The notes: generated by a model from the sequence alone, not told the origin. DNA of 64,000 bases from Longimicrobiales bacterium (GCA_965204735.1 OZ242008.1:2528001-2592000), one strand, 5' to 3'; numbered from the stretch's first letter, positions 1-10,803 are shown. Made by a program: numbers and translations.

Positions 1-287
1 TGAAGCTGGTGGGGATCGCGGCGCTGACCGCGCCCTTTGCCGTCGGCGCCGTCGTTCGCGCCGTGCCGTGGGTCGGGTGGTGGCTCGGGGGACTCGTGCA
101 GGTGCTGGGAACGCTCGGGTGCATGGCGGCCGTGGTCGTCGGCCTCGGGGCAGTGATCATCACGAGGGGCGGCCGGCGCTCGGGCAGCGAGTACGCCTTC
201 GCCGACACCCTCGACGCGGACCACTGGTCGTCGGAGATCGAGGACGCCGACTTGGAGGACGACTCGTCGCGCGGGAGGGACTCGTGA
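1..287 (+). CDS. C-terminal part of a membrane protein (partial, runs off window start)
   Basis: Hydrophobic helices followed by an acidic tail; TGA at 285-287 overlaps the GTG of the next gene. Confidence 0.6.
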   Translation, partial: KLVGIAALTAPFAVGAVVRAVPWVGWWLGGLVQVLGTLGCMAAVVVGLGAVIITRGGRRSGSEYAFADTLDADHWSSEIEDADLEDDSSRGRDS

Positions 288-1171
288 CGACGCCTTCTCT
301 TTCGCGGGGGGTTGCCGCCCCGGCGCTGGCCGCGCTGGCCGTCGCGACGGCGTCGCAAGCGCGTGGGCAAAGCTGGAAGGAAGTGGCGTCGTCGCGGCAG
401 GTCGTCGGCGAATCGGAGCTGCGGGTCGATCTCGAGTACGGCGTCGGAGAGCTGACCTTGCGGCGCGGCGAGCTCGGGGTCCTCTACCGGATCGCCTTGC
501 GGTACGACGAGCAGGCCGCCGAGCCGCTCGCCGAGTACGAGGCGGGGCGCCTTCGCATCGGCGTGTCCGGGGACGCCTACGGCGGAGGATGGACTTCGCG
601 ACGGCGGAGGATGGACTCCGGCGAGTGGGCCCTCGACAACTCGCTGGACCTGGAACTGGCCCCGGACGTCCCCCTGGACCTGAACTTGTCCTTCGCCGCG
701 GGACGGGGCGACATAGACCTCACGGGCCTCGCAGTGAGAAGCCTGGAGATGAGCACCGGAGCCTCCGAGTCGTCGCTCCGCATCTACCAGGCCAACCGCG
801 AGCGGATGCGTTCGGCCTCGTTCAACGTGGGAGTCGCCGACTTTCGCATCCAAGGCGTGGGCAACCTCAACGCCGAGGACGTCGTGGTGAAGGCGGGACT
901 CGGGTCGGTGGCGCTGGAGCTCGACGGCGAGTGGCCGGCGGACTCTCGGCTCACGCTGGAGATGGGCTTGGGGGCGCTGAGCATACGCGTGCCGGAAGCT
1001 TTGGGCGTGCGCCTCCGGAACCGGGACACGTTCCTGGCGTCCGTCAGCATCGACGGCCTCACGAAGCAGGGCGACGGCTGGCATTCGCCGAACTGGGAAA
1101 GCGCCCCACGGAAGGTGGAGATCGACATTTCCGCCGCGCTGGGCAGCATCGACCTCGTGCGGGTCCCGTGA
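284..1171 (+). CDS. Secreted toast-rack/LiaF-like (DUF2154-like) beta-solenoid protein
   Basis: GTGA overlap with the upstream stop; signal peptide (LAALAVATASQA); repeated GxGxLxI beta motifs (GVGELTL, GRGDIDL, GLGALSI, ALGSIDL). Confidence 0.65.
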   Translation: MTTPSLSRGVAAPALAALAVATASQARGQSWKEVASSRQVVGESELRVDLEYGVGELTLRRGELGVLYRIALRYDEQAAEPLAEYEAGRLRIGVSGDAYGGGWTSRRRRMDSGEWALDNSLDLELAPDVPLDLNLSFAAGRGDIDLTGLAVRSLEMSTGASESSLRIYQANRERMRSASFNVGVADFRIQGVGNLNAEDVVVKAGLGSVALELDGEWPADSRLTLEMGLGALSIRVPEALGVRLRNRDTFLASVSIDGLTKQGDGWHSPNWESAPRKVEIDISAALGSIDLVRVP

Positions 1172-1266
1172 GAGACTCGTGCGGGTCGCCGCTGGCAGGG
1201 AACCGGTTCCGGTCCGCGAGACGAGAATCTGGTGCGGGTCCCGAGAACTCGTGCGGGTCCCGCGAG
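1154..1266. repeat. Degenerate direct repeats of CTCGTGCGGGTCCC (copies of the upstream gene's 3' end)
   Basis: Copies start at 1154, 1176, 1229 and 1248. Confidence 0.7.
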
Positions 1267-1336
1267 ATTGCGTTAGAGTAGAAGACGGGTTGTCCGACTG
1301 GTCGACCTTCACCCTGGGAAGCCCGCAGGAGAAAGC

Positions 1337-1573
1337 ATGATCTCGACGCTCTTGACGTTCTTGGCCGTGGGCATCGTGAGCCTCGTGGTGGTCTGGATCG
1401 TCCTCTCGGTCGTGGGGTCGCTGCTGGGACTGACCCTCGGGATCGCAGGCTTCCTCCTCTTCAAGGTCGCTCCGCTCATGTTCCTGGGCTGGGTCGTCCT
1501 GAAGATCGTCTCCAAGGTCCGCCGATACGGCGCACTTTCTCCGTCCGACCGCCGCTGGCTGGAGAGCGACTAG
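1337..1573 (+). CDS. Small integral membrane protein
   Basis: AGGAGA RBS before the ATG; two hydrophobic segments. Confidence 0.8.
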   Translation: MISTLLTFLAVGIVSLVVVWIVLSVVGSLLGLTLGIAGFLLFKVAPLMFLGWVVLKIVSKVRRYGALSPSDRRWLESD

Positions 1574-1631
1574 CCCCAGCCCCTGCCGCAACCCTTGCAG
1601 GCCGCGAACACCGGCCCCGCAACAGCCCGAT

Positions 1632-2780
1632 TCAGCGCCGGGGTGGCGTGTTCTCCAGCGTCTCGATCACCCGATCGGCAAGCCGCCGGAGGGCGAGCCC
1701 GGCCGGGGATTCCGGGGCGGACAACACGGTCGGCCTTCCCTCGTCGCCGGCTCGCCGGACCGCCAAGTCGAGGGGCACGGCGCCCAGGAACGGCACCGAC
1801 AGCTCCCTTGCAAGCTCCTCCCCTCCGCCGCGACCGAAGAGGTCCACCACTTCGTCGGAGCCCGGGAGCTGGAACCCCCGCATGTTCTCGACCACGCCCA
1901 GCACGCGCGTGTTGACCCGCTCGAACATCTTGATGCCACGGCGAACGTCTCCGGTCGCCACCTTCTGGGGCGTCGTGACCATGACCGCCCCCTGCAGCTC
2001 GACGGTCTGAACCAGGGAGAGCTGCGCGTCTCCCGTGCCCGGCGGCATGTCCACGACCATCAGGTCCAGGGGCCCCCACGCCACTTGCTCGACGAACTGC
2101 TTGAGGACGCCGGCGATCAAGGGCCCCCGCATGATCGCGGGCTGCTCCCGCTCGAGAAGGAAACCGAGGCTCATCAGGCTCACGCCATGGGTCCGCAGGG
2201 GCACGATCTTCTCCGAGCCCTTCGCTCCGGACACCGCCGGGCGCCGCTCCTCGCCGAACATCACGGGAATGTTGGGGCCGTAGATGTCGGCGTCCATCAG
2301 GCCGACGGCCCACCCCCGCGCCGCCGCGTGGGCGGCCAGGTTGGTGGCCACCATGGACTTGCCCACGCCCCCCTTTCCCGAGCTCACGGCCACGATCCGC
2401 TTGACGCCCGCCAGAACGCCCGGAGCGGGCGTGGGCGCGGGCACCGACCCGGGTCGCAGGCCGCCCCGTCCAGCCCGCACGCCCGACGCGGCTCCGGACG
2501 CGCCCTCCGACCCGTCGCCGCTCGGGGGCGACGCCCGAGGGAGGCGAACGTCGACCTTGACCGCCTTCACGCCGTCCACCGCCTCCGCCGCCGCCCGCAC
2601 CTCGCGGGCCAGCGTCCCAGGGTCCCCTCGCCTAAGGGAGAAGGCGAAGCGCACTCGTCCGTCGTCTCCGGCCGCGACGTCGGTCACCTGTCCGCCGGCG
2701 ACCACGTCGCTGCCGCTGGTCGGGTTCACGACGCCGGCCAGAGCGCGGGTCACCGCGTCGGCAAGCACGCTGTCGCTCAT
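1632..2780 (-). CDS. mrp: Mrp/NBP35 (ApbC) Fe-S cluster carrier ATPase
   Basis: SGKGGVGKS P-loop, DADIYGPNIP, VDMPPGTGD, VVENM motifs; N-terminal DUF59-like domain; start placed at MSDSV. Confidence 0.92.
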   Translation of the reverse strand: MSDSVLADAVTRALAGVVNPTSGSDVVAGGQVTDVAAGDDGRVRFAFSLRRGDPGTLAREVRAAAEAVDGVKAVKVDVRLPRASPPSGDGSEGASGAASGVRAGRGGLRPGSVPAPTPAPGVLAGVKRIVAVSSGKGGVGKSMVATNLAAHAAARGWAVGLMDADIYGPNIPVMFGEERRPAVSGAKGSEKIVPLRTHGVSLMSLGFLLEREQPAIMRGPLIAGVLKQFVEQVAWGPLDLMVVDMPPGTGDAQLSLVQTVELQGAVMVTTPQKVATGDVRRGIKMFERVNTRVLGVVENMRGFQLPGSDEVVDLFGRGGGEELARELSVPFLGAVPLDLAVRRAGDEGRPTVLSAPESPAGLALRRLADRVIETLENTPPRR

Positions 2781-2788
2781 GGCGAGGG

Positions 2789-3019
2789 TCAGCTGGCTTC
2801 GACGGCCAGGACTTCGGGCACCTCCGCCCGGAGCCGCCGTTCGATCCCCTCCTTCAGGGTCATCATCGAGATGGGACACGCTTCGCAGGCGCCCATCAGT
2901 CGAACCTCCACCCTCCCCGATTCCTCGCTCCACTCCACGAGCTCCACGTCTCCTCCGTCGGAGCGAATGGCAGGGCGAATGGCTGCGAGCACTTCTTCGA
3001 TCCGGTCCCTGGTCCCCAT
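2789..3019 (-). CDS. NifU/NfuA C-terminal domain protein
   Basis: IRPAIRSDGGDVELV and GACEACPIS (CxxC) motifs; adjacent to mrp. Confidence 0.9.
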   Translation of the reverse strand: MGTRDRIEEVLAAIRPAIRSDGGDVELVEWSEESGRVEVRLMGACEACPISMMTLKEGIERRLRAEVPEVLAVEAS

Positions 3020-3260
3020 GCTGTCGTCGCCAGGCTGGCAAAGGCTCGGACCGGCGTTCCGCCTCCGGCCCCTTCCAATGAAAGGTACTTTCCGGCGTTT
3101 CGGGCCGTCAACGGCTCCGCCGCCTTGACCCGCTCGCAAGCGTCGGGCGACATTGACGCTCTTCCCGACCGTCGCGGGCCCCACCAGCCGGCCGCCGCCG
3201 TCCGAACGGGCCGCCCGGCGCTTCTTGGTCCGCGCGACGTCCACCACAACTGGAAGGCTC

Positions 3261-4889
3261 ATGTCCGGAACGATCCGCATTCCCCCTCCCAAGCCCGAGC
3301 CCGTCCTCTCCTACGCTCCTGGAACCGCCGAACGGGCCGCGCTGAAGGCCGGTCTGAAGGACATGTCGGATCGGCGCTTGGACATTCCGCTGGTGATCGG
3401 GGGCCGAGAGGTCCGCACGGGCAAGACGCACCCCGTCTCCGCTCCCCACGACCACGGGCTGGAGCTGGGCGTCTGGCACCAGGGGGGCGCGACGGAAGCG
3501 ACGAGGGCGATCGACGAAACGGCGGAAGCGCGACGGGAGTGGGCGTCGTGGCCGTGGGAAGATCGAGCGGCCGTCTTTCTGAAGGCGGCGGATCTGCTGG
3601 CGACCAAGTGGCGGCCGGTCCTCAACGCCGCCACGATGCTGGGTCAGAGCAAGACGGCGTTCCAGGCCGAGATCGACGCGGCCTGCGAGCTGGTGGACTT
3701 CTACCGCTGGGGCGCCCACTTCGCCGAGGCGATCTACGACCACCAGCCGGCCTCGGCCCGAGGGGAGTGGAACCGGCTGGACTACCGGCCGCTGGAGGGG
3801 TTCGTCTACGCCGTGAGTCCGTTCAACTTCACGGCGATCGGCGGCAACTTGGCCGGGCTTCCGGCGCTGATGGGCTGCGGAGTGCTGTGGAAGCCGTCGT
3901 CCCATGCCGTTCTCTCGAGCTACTTCGCCTACAAGCTGCTGGAGGAAGCGGGGCTGCCGCCGGGCGTGGTCAACTTCGTCCCCGGCGACCCGGCCCAGAT
4001 CACCGGCGCCGCGCTCCACCACCCGGAGTTCGCCGGCCTCCACTTCACGGGCTCCACCGAGGTCTTTCGTTCGCTGTGGACGACCGTGGGCCGACAGATC
4101 GCGTCGTACCGGTCGTACCCGCGGCTCGTGGGCGAGACGGGCGGCAAGGACTTCATCTTGGCCCACCCCTCGGCGGACCCCGACGCCCTGCGGACCGCCA
4201 TCGTGCGAGGCGCCTTCGAGTACCAGGGGCAGAAGTGCTCCGCCGCCTCCCGCGCCTACGTGCCCGAGTCGCTGTGGCGCGAGCTCCGGGACCCGATGGC
4301 GGACGAGACCAACGCCTTGCCCATGGGGGACCCGACGGACTTCCGCAACTTCGTCAATGCGGTGATTCACGAGCACGCCTTCAAGAAGATCGTCGGGTAC
4401 GTGGATCGGGCCGCCGCCGGGGAAGACGCCGAGATCGTGGCGGGAGGAACGTACTCGGACGGCGACGGGTGGTTCGTTCGGCCCACGATCGTGAGGGCCA
4501 TGACGCCGAGGCACGAGAGCATGTGCGACGAGATCTTCGGCCCCGTGATCTCCGTGTACGTGTACCCCGACAACGCTTGGGCGGAGACCCTGGAGGTGGT
4601 GGACTCGACGTCGCCCTACGGCCTGACCGGAGCGGTCTTCGCCCAGGAGCGCTCGGCCGTGCGCGAGGCGATGGTGCGGCTGCGCTACGCCGCCGGCAAC
4701 TTCTACGTGAACGACAAGCCCACGGGGGCCGTCGTGGGGCACCAGCCGTTCGGCGGCAGCCGGGGGTCGGGAACCAACGACAAGGCGGGCTCCATCTTCA
4801 ACCTGCTGCGCTGGACGAGCCCGCGGACGATCAAGGAGAACTTCGCGCCGCCCACCGACTATCGGTACCCCTTCATGGGCGCGGAGTAG
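3261..4889 (+). CDS. pruA: L-glutamate gamma-semialdehyde (P5C) dehydrogenase
   Basis: SPFNFTAIGGN, ETGGKDF, FEYQGQKCSA, QPFGGSRGSGTNDKAG motifs. Confidence 0.95.
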   Translation: MSGTIRIPPPKPEPVLSYAPGTAERAALKAGLKDMSDRRLDIPLVIGGREVRTGKTHPVSAPHDHGLELGVWHQGGATEATRAIDETAEARREWASWPWEDRAAVFLKAADLLATKWRPVLNAATMLGQSKTAFQAEIDAACELVDFYRWGAHFAEAIYDHQPASARGEWNRLDYRPLEGFVYAVSPFNFTAIGGNLAGLPALMGCGVLWKPSSHAVLSSYFAYKLLEEAGLPPGVVNFVPGDPAQITGAALHHPEFAGLHFTGSTEVFRSLWTTVGRQIASYRSYPRLVGETGGKDFILAHPSADPDALRTAIVRGAFEYQGQKCSAASRAYVPESLWRELRDPMADETNALPMGDPTDFRNFVNAVIHEHAFKKIVGYVDRAAAGEDAEIVAGGTYSDGDGWFVRPTIVRAMTPRHESMCDEIFGPVISVYVYPDNAWAETLEVVDSTSPYGLTGAVFAQERSAVREAMVRLRYAAGNFYVNDKPTGAVVGHQPFGGSRGSGTNDKAGSIFNLLRWTSPRTIKENFAPPTDYRYPFMGAE

Positions 4890-5000
4890 CGATCACGGGG
4901 CGCGAAGCAGCGAGTCACGGGGCGCGAAGCAGGGGATCACGGAGCACGAGGCGGCGACGGACGGGCAGGCAGTACGACGTCACGGCCGCGAAGCGGCGAC
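4873..5000. repeat. 22-bp-period degenerate tandem repeat between convergent genes
   Basis: TCACGGGGCGCGAAGCAG units at 4893, 4915 and 4937 (degenerate), resembling the gene ends at 4873 and 4980. Confidence 0.7.
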
Positions 5001-6173
5001 CGCCCGAGCGAAGTCGGCCTTCAGGTCCTCCACGTCCTCGAGGCCCACTGAAATCCGGACGAAGCCGTCGGGAACGCCCAGCGCGTTCCGCTCCTCGGGG
5101 CTCATGTCCACGTGGGAGGTGTAGCGGGGCTGCGACACGAGCGTCTCCACGCCCCCCAGCGAGGGCGCGGGCAGCGCGAGCCGCAGGGCGGCGCAGAAGG
5201 AGTCCGCCGCCGGCCCGCCGCCTTCGAGCACGATCGAGACCATGCCGCCGAAGCCGTCGAGCAGGGCCGCGGCGCGTTCGTGGTCCGGGTGGCTGGGCAG
5301 TCCGGGATGAACGACCCGCGCAATGCCGTCCAGTTCCTGGAACCACTGGGCCAGGGCGAGGGAGGAGCGGTTGTGGCGCTCCATCCGGGCCGGAAGACTG
5401 CGGATGCCTCGTTCCAGGAGCCACGCCGCCTGCGGATCGATCGACGGCCCGTAGAGCTTCATCATCTTCGCGACCCGCTCGATCAGGGCGCGGGAGCCCG
5501 CCACGGCGCCGGCGATCAGGTCCGAGTGGCCGCCCAGGTACTTGGTCGCCGAGTGGATCACCGCCTCCACCCCGTGGTCGGCCGCGCGCAGGTTGACGGG
5601 CGTGGCGAAGGTGGCGTCGGCCACTAGGGTCGCGCCCGCTTCCCGGGCGGCGTCGCGGGCCGGGGCGACGTCGAAGACGCGCAGGGTGGGGTTGGTGGGG
5701 AGCTCCAGGAAGACCACCCGCGTGCGAGAGGTCGTCGCCGCGGCCCAAGCCCCGGGGTCGGAGGGGTCCACAAAGGTGGTGGCAGTGCCGCGCCGGGGAA
5801 GCTCCTGGGCCAGCAGCGCGTAGGTGGCGCCGTAGATGTGGCGGCTGGCGACGACATGGTCTCCCGCTTCGGCCAGCGCCAGCAGGGTCATGGCCGTGGC
5901 GCCCATGCCGCTGGCAAGGACCAGCGCCGCTTCGGTTCCTTCCAGGGCCGCGATCTTCCCCGCTGCGGAGAGCTGGTTCGGGTTGTTGCCGTAGCGGCTG
6001 TACAGCAGCGGGCCGTCGCCGGGGCCGGACCAATGGAAGGTGGAGCTGCGCGCGATCGAAGGGACCACGGGGTCGCCGGGCACCGTCGGGAGCTGGCCGG
6101 CGTGGACCGCTCGGGTGGCCGCGCCCGGGCGCTCGTTGCGGACCTCTTCGCGGCCCGCGCCTCGGGCACTCAC
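4980..6173 (-). CDS. Cys/Met metabolism PLP enzyme (cystathionine gamma-synthase/lyase or methionine gamma-lyase family)
   Basis: [31 protein letters not shown] (PLP lysine), [16 protein letters not shown]. Confidence 0.92.
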   Translation of the reverse strand: MSARGAGREEVRNERPGAATRAVHAGQLPTVPGDPVVPSIARSSTFHWSGPGDGPLLYSRYGNNPNQLSAAGKIAALEGTEAALVLASGMGATAMTLLALAEAGDHVVASRHIYGATYALLAQELPRRGTATTFVDPSDPGAWAAATTSRTRVVFLELPTNPTLRVFDVAPARDAAREAGATLVADATFATPVNLRAADHGVEAVIHSATKYLGGHSDLIAGAVAGSRALIERVAKMMKLYGPSIDPQAAWLLERGIRSLPARMERHNRSSLALAQWFQELDGIARVVHPGLPSHPDHERAAALLDGFGGMVSIVLEGGGPAADSFCAALRLALPAPSLGGVETLVSQPRYTSHVDMSPEERNALGVPDGFVRISVGLEDVEDLKADFARAVAASRP

Positions 6174-6787
6174 GGCCGGCCGTCGCCGTTGGCTGCGAAG
6201 GCGCTGAGGGCCGACACCGCCCCGCCGGCATCAACGTAGACCAGGCGGCGCTCCGCCAGCCCGTGCATGCGACGCGCGCCCTCGGAACCAAGAGCCGTCG
6301 CCGCGTCTCCAGGCCCCATCCGCCTGCGCCGCTCGAGCGTCCCCCACGCCTCCCGCTCGCCGGGCGAGGCGCGGCCCAGAAGCCGGAAGCGCCCGTTTCC
6401 CACGTCGCAGACCGCCGCAAGTCCCTGGCGCCCGAGCACCTCCTTCAGGGCGTGGCGGTGCGCTTCGGCGACCGCGCGGAAGAGGAAGAAGGCGTTGCGG
6501 GGCCGATTCGGGCCGAGGTAGCGGAGCAGCAGCTTGGCCACCACTTCGTCGGCGCAGCTGAAGTCCATCACGTGCACGCGCGTGAAGTCCACCAGCGAGA
6601 CCAGCGCCGCCGAAGCGGAGGAGCGGACGGGCGAGCCGGCGGCGGGCTCGACCGGGGGGGCCGCCAAGCGTCCCTCGATCGCCTTGCGCACCGCCCTTCC
6701 CGTGGGCCTGGTGACCAGGTGCGGGCGACCCGACGCGGGCGCGCTCCGGGCGAGAGCGCAGACGTCGATGCGGATGGGGCTGATCAT
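6170..6787 (-). CDS. STAS-like (DUF4325-like) domain protein with possible C-terminal winged helix
   Basis: LVTRPTGRAVR...LVDFTRVHVMDFSCADEVVAKLL; stop/start overlaps with both neighbours. Confidence 0.6.
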   Translation of the reverse strand: MISPIRIDVCALARSAPASGRPHLVTRPTGRAVRKAIEGRLAAPPVEPAAGSPVRSSASAALVSLVDFTRVHVMDFSCADEVVAKLLLRYLGPNRPRNAFFLFRAVAEAHRHALKEVLGRQGLAAVCDVGNGRFRLLGRASPGEREAWGTLERRRRMGPGDAATALGSEGARRMHGLAERRLVYVDAGGAVSALSAFAANGDGRP

Positions 6788-7686
6788 GCCGTCCGATCGT
6801 CGGTTCGGTGCTCGGGAAGGACGATGTTGATCTGGGCGCCCGGAAACGGCGCGAGCCCTTCCTGCAGCGGGGGGGCGCTGCTCCACGAGGGCGAGTCGGC
6901 GATCCGCGCGGTTCCGCTGCGCACCGAGAAGAGGCCGTCCCAGCGGCCCACCTGCTTGCGGATCTGCTGGATCCCCTGCCCCCGTCCCATGTCCGGGAAG
7001 CGGGTCAGTCCCATGAGGAAGGCGGCTTCCAAGGCGGTGGCGTCGTTCCATCGGTCGCCGAAGCGCTCCGAGTGCTCGTCGTGCAGCGACGCCCGGAACC
7101 CCCGTCCCAAGTCCGACACCGCGATGACGACCACGCGGCGTCCCAAGCGCTTCGTCCAGTTGTAGCTCTGGGCGGCGACCCACCCCGGCGCTTCGGCGTG
7201 CTCCACGATGTTCTGGCACACCTCCGACAGCATGACCGAGAACTGGACCACAGCCGACCGGGGGTAGCCCAGCGTGCGGGACAGGATCGCCCCCGCGCGG
7301 GCCTGGACTCGGTCCACGACCGTGTGCACGTCGCCGTGAGAGGCGACCGGCGTGACCTCCAGGAGCACGGGGGACTCGCTGCGCGGCGCCCGCTGGGGGC
7401 CGGGCAGCGGCGGGGCGAACACTTCTGCGGCGGCCCGAAAGAAGCCCATCCGGTCGAGGTAGCTGGCCGTCTTCGAGTCGGTCGGCGGCGAGAGCTTCGG
7501 CGGGCTGCCGCCGCTCTCCCGGACCGCCCTGCCGGCGGAGAGGAGCGCCGCGATGCCGTTGGGATCGGTCCAGTGGAGCCGGCGCGCGTCGAAGAGGACC
7601 GGACCCGGCTCGTCCAGGGGCGCGCTCTTGTAGATGGTCTCGACGTTGCGGTAGTCGAGGGAGGCGGGCACCTCTACCACGCGCAT
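6784..7686 (-). CDS. STAS-like domain + GHKL/HATPase (anti-sigma/Ser kinase-like) protein
   Basis: N-terminal VLFDARRLHWTDPNG...YLDRMGF; HATPase boxes SEVCQNIVEHA, VSDLGRG, GRGQGI, FPGAQINI. Confidence 0.8.
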   Translation of the reverse strand: MRVVEVPASLDYRNVETIYKSAPLDEPGPVLFDARRLHWTDPNGIAALLSAGRAVRESGGSPPKLSPPTDSKTASYLDRMGFFRAAAEVFAPPLPGPQRAPRSESPVLLEVTPVASHGDVHTVVDRVQARAGAILSRTLGYPRSAVVQFSVMLSEVCQNIVEHAEAPGWVAAQSYNWTKRLGRRVVVIAVSDLGRGFRASLHDEHSERFGDRWNDATALEAAFLMGLTRFPDMGRGQGIQQIRKQVGRWDGLFSVRSGTARIADSPSWSSAPPLQEGLAPFPGAQINIVLPEHRTDDRTA

Positions 7687-7875
7687 GTCAGGCCGGCGGG
7701 CACGCGGAGCGATCGGGAGAAGGTTCGAATTCGGATTCGTTCATCTGACCGGAGAAGCGGGAGCGGCCCACGTCCGTGCGCGACCGAACCCATGTCCGTT
7801 CGCGACCGAAGATAACGCGGTGCGCGGCCTCCGTCTTCCTCGGCGCGCCCGGCAGGGAGAAAGTTCGGCGGCGAT

Positions 7876-8889
7876 TCAGCCGACTCCGGCTCGGCGACGG
7901 GCGTGCTCGCCGCACGCTCGCTCGCGCCTGAAGAGCTCGGCGGCGCCCACTGCACCGGCGGTCTCCGGGAGCGCCCCGGCAACGATGCGGCATGCCGCGG
8001 CGGCCGACGCGAAGGCTCGGCGACGAACTTCCCGGCGCAGGGGAGCCAGGAGCGCTTCCCCCGCCTTCGCCACGCCTCCTGCCAGCACCACCACGTCCGG
8101 ATTGAGCACGTGCACCAAGTTGGCCACCGCCACGCCGAGGATCGTGCCCGTCTCCGACACGATCCGGGCGGCGCGGGGGTCGCCGACGGCTGCGGCGCGG
8201 CACACCGCTTCCGCCGAGACGGGCTCGGAACCCTCCAGGCGGAAACCGGCCTCGACCGCGCGGGCGGCGATCGCGGAGCCCGACGCGTACGCCTCGACGC
8301 AGCCCCGGGCGCCGCAGCCGCAGAGCCGCCCGTTCATCTCGACGCAGGTGTGGCCGACCTCGCCCGCGGCGCCCGAGGCGCCGTGGTGGACTCGACCGCC
8401 CAGGACGATGCCGCCGCCGATCCCGGTGCCCAGGGTCAGGCACGCCAAGCAGCGGGCGCCCTGCCCCGCCCCCCGGCACCACTCGCCGTAGGCGGCGCAG
8501 TCGGCGTCGTTGTGCAGGGTCGCGGGCACGCCGACGGCCTCGACCAGCAGGTCCCGGAGCGGGACGCACCGCCAACCCAGGTTGGGCGTCTCGAGCACGG
8601 TCCCCGAGTCCAGGTCCAAGGGTCCGGGCGAGCCCGCGCCGATCCCGGCCACGTCGTCGGGAAAGCGGGCGCCCGCCTTCGCAGCCAGCTCCCGGACCAT
8701 TCGGGCGATCCGCCGCGCCACCGCCGCGGGTCCCTCGCGGGGCCGGGTGGGCTCGGTCCGCACTCCAGCCGGTCGCCCGCCGTCGAAGGGGACGAGCCCC
8801 ACCACCAAGTTGGTGCCGCCGATGTCCGCGCCGGCGATCCAGCGCGGGCGGTGGCGGCCGGCGTCGGGGACAGGAACCGCGCGCGTCAA
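7876..8889 (-). CDS. ROK family sugar kinase (glucokinase-like)
   Basis: [47 protein letters not shown] start inferred from overlap with the lepA stop. Confidence 0.9.
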   Translation of the reverse strand: MTRAVPVPDAGRHRPRWIAGADIGGTNLVVGLVPFDGGRPAGVRTEPTRPREGPAAVARRIARMVRELAAKAGARFPDDVAGIGAGSPGPLDLDSGTVLETPNLGWRCVPLRDLLVEAVGVPATLHNDADCAAYGEWCRGAGQGARCLACLTLGTGIGGGIVLGGRVHHGASGAAGEVGHTCVEMNGRLCGCGARGCVEAYASGSAIAARAVEAGFRLEGSEPVSAEAVCRAAAVGDPRAARIVSETGTILGVAVANLVHVLNPDVVVLAGGVAKAGEALLAPLRREVRRRAFASAAAACRIVAGALPETAGAVGAAELFRRERACGEHARRRAGVG

Positions 8890-10694
8890 GCGCGCTCGTC
8901 GTCCAGCCGGAGCACCGCCATGAACGCCTCCTGGGGAATCTCGACGGAGCCGACCTGCTTCATGCGCTTCTTCCCCTCCTTCTGGCGCTCCAGAAGCTTG
9001 CGCTTGCGGGTGATGTCGCCGCCGTAGCACTTGGCGGTCACGTTCTTGCGCATCGCCCTGACCGTCTCGCGGGCAATGACTTGATTGCCGACGGCCGCCT
9101 GCAGGGCCACCTCGAACTGCTGCCGAGGGATCAGCGCCTTCAGCTTGCGCACCAGGGCGCGACCGTGGCGGTAGGCGTTCTCTCGGTGGATGATCACCGA
9201 GAAGGCGTCCACGGCTTCCCGGTTCACCATCACGTCCAGCTTGATCAAGTCGCCGGGTCGGTACTCCAGGAACTCGTAGTCCAGGGCCGCGTAGCCTCGG
9301 GTTCCGCTCTTCAGCCGGTCGTAGAAGTCGAGCACGATCTCCGCCAGGGGAAGCTCGAACTCCATCTCGACGCGATGGGGATCCAGGTAGCTCATCGACT
9401 TGAAGACGCCCCGCCGCTCGTGACAGAGCTTCTGCACGTTGCCGATGTAGGTCGAGGGCGCCACGATCCGCGCGCTCACGACGGGCTCGGCCACCGATTC
9501 GACCAGCGCCCGGTCCGGAAGCATCGACGGGTTCTCGACCACGACCCGGCTGCCGTCCGCCAGCGCGACTTGGTACTTCACGTTGGGCACGGTGGAAACG
9601 AGCTTCACGCCGAACTCCCGATCCAGCCGCTCCTGCACGATCTCCAGGTGCAGCAGGCCCAGAAACCCGCACCGGAAGCCGAAGCCCAGAGCCCGGGACG
9701 TCTCGGGCTCGAAGTGGAGGGCGGCGTCGTTGAGGCGAAGGCGGTGGAGGGCGTCCCGCAGCTCCTCGTAGTCGTCGGAGTCGCTGGGGTAGAGGCCGGC
9801 GAAGACCATGGGCCGCACCTCCTGGTACCCCGGGAGGAGTTCGGCGGCCCTGTCGGCGACGTCCAGGATCGTGTCGCCCGACTGCGTGTCGGAGACGGCC
9901 TTGATCGCCGCCACCACGTACCCCACCTCGCCCGGGCCCAACGAGGCGCAGGGGACCCGTCCCAGGCGCATGTGGCCCACTTCCGTGACCTCGTAGCGGG
10001 CGTCCACGGCCCCGAAGCCGATCGACATGCCCGGCCGCAGCGTGCCGTCGAAGACCCGGACGCTGGGCACGGCTCCCAGGTACTGGTCGTAGCAGGAGTC
10101 GAAGATCAGCGCCCGGAGCGGGTCGCTCGGGTCGCCGGCGGGCGGCGGGATGCGCTCCACCACCGCCTGCAGGACCGCCTCCACTCCGCTGCCTTCCTTG
10201 GCGCTCGCCTCCAGCACCGAATCCGGGTCGATCCCCATCAGGTCGGCGACTTCGTGGCGCCGGCGCTCCGACTCGGCGCCGGGAAGGTCGATCTTGTTGA
10301 CGACCGGCACGATCTCGAGCTCCGCGTCCAGGGCCAGGAAGAGGTTCGACAGCGTTTGGGCCTGGACGCCCTGCGTCGCGTCCACCACCAGGATCGCCCC
10401 CTCGCACGCCGCCAGGGAGCGGGAGACTTCGTAGGCGAAGTCCACGTGGCCGGGAGTGTCGATCAGGTTGAGGACGTACTCGCGTCCGTCGCTGGCGCGG
10501 TGGGTCATCCGGACGGCGTGGAGCTTGATCGTGATCCCGCGCTCGCGCTCCAGCTCGTTGGAGTCCAGCACCTGCTGCCGCATCTGACGGCTGTCGAGCG
10601 TCGCGGTGGCCTCCAAGAGGCGGTCCGCCAGCGTGGACTTGCCGTGGTCGATGTGGGCCACGATGCAGAAGTTGCGGATGCGGTCGGTTCGCAC
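8886..10694 (-). CDS. lepA: Translation elongation factor 4
   Basis: [44 protein letters not shown]. Confidence 0.97.
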   Translation of the reverse strand: MRTDRIRNFCIVAHIDHGKSTLADRLLEATATLDSRQMRQQVLDSNELERERGITIKLHAVRMTHRASDGREYVLNLIDTPGHVDFAYEVSRSLAACEGAILVVDATQGVQAQTLSNLFLALDAELEIVPVVNKIDLPGAESERRRHEVADLMGIDPDSVLEASAKEGSGVEAVLQAVVERIPPPAGDPSDPLRALIFDSCYDQYLGAVPSVRVFDGTLRPGMSIGFGAVDARYEVTEVGHMRLGRVPCASLGPGEVGYVVAAIKAVSDTQSGDTILDVADRAAELLPGYQEVRPMVFAGLYPSDSDDYEELRDALHRLRLNDAALHFEPETSRALGFGFRCGFLGLLHLEIVQERLDREFGVKLVSTVPNVKYQVALADGSRVVVENPSMLPDRALVESVAEPVVSARIVAPSTYIGNVQKLCHERRGVFKSMSYLDPHRVEMEFELPLAEIVLDFYDRLKSGTRGYAALDYEFLEYRPGDLIKLDVMVNREAVDAFSVIIHRENAYRHGRALVRKLKALIPRQQFEVALQAAVGNQVIARETVRAMRKNVTAKCYGGDITRKRKLLERQKEGKKRMKQVGSVEIPQEAFMAVLRLDDERA

Positions 10695-10803
10695 GGCGGG
10701 CAACGAGGGGCCGGAGGCGGCAGCAAGGAGACGGAGAGGGCGCCCTGCGGACGGCAGGGCGAGACCGGCGGCGGGGGCGAACGTTGGCGGCAGGGGCAAG
10801 GCG

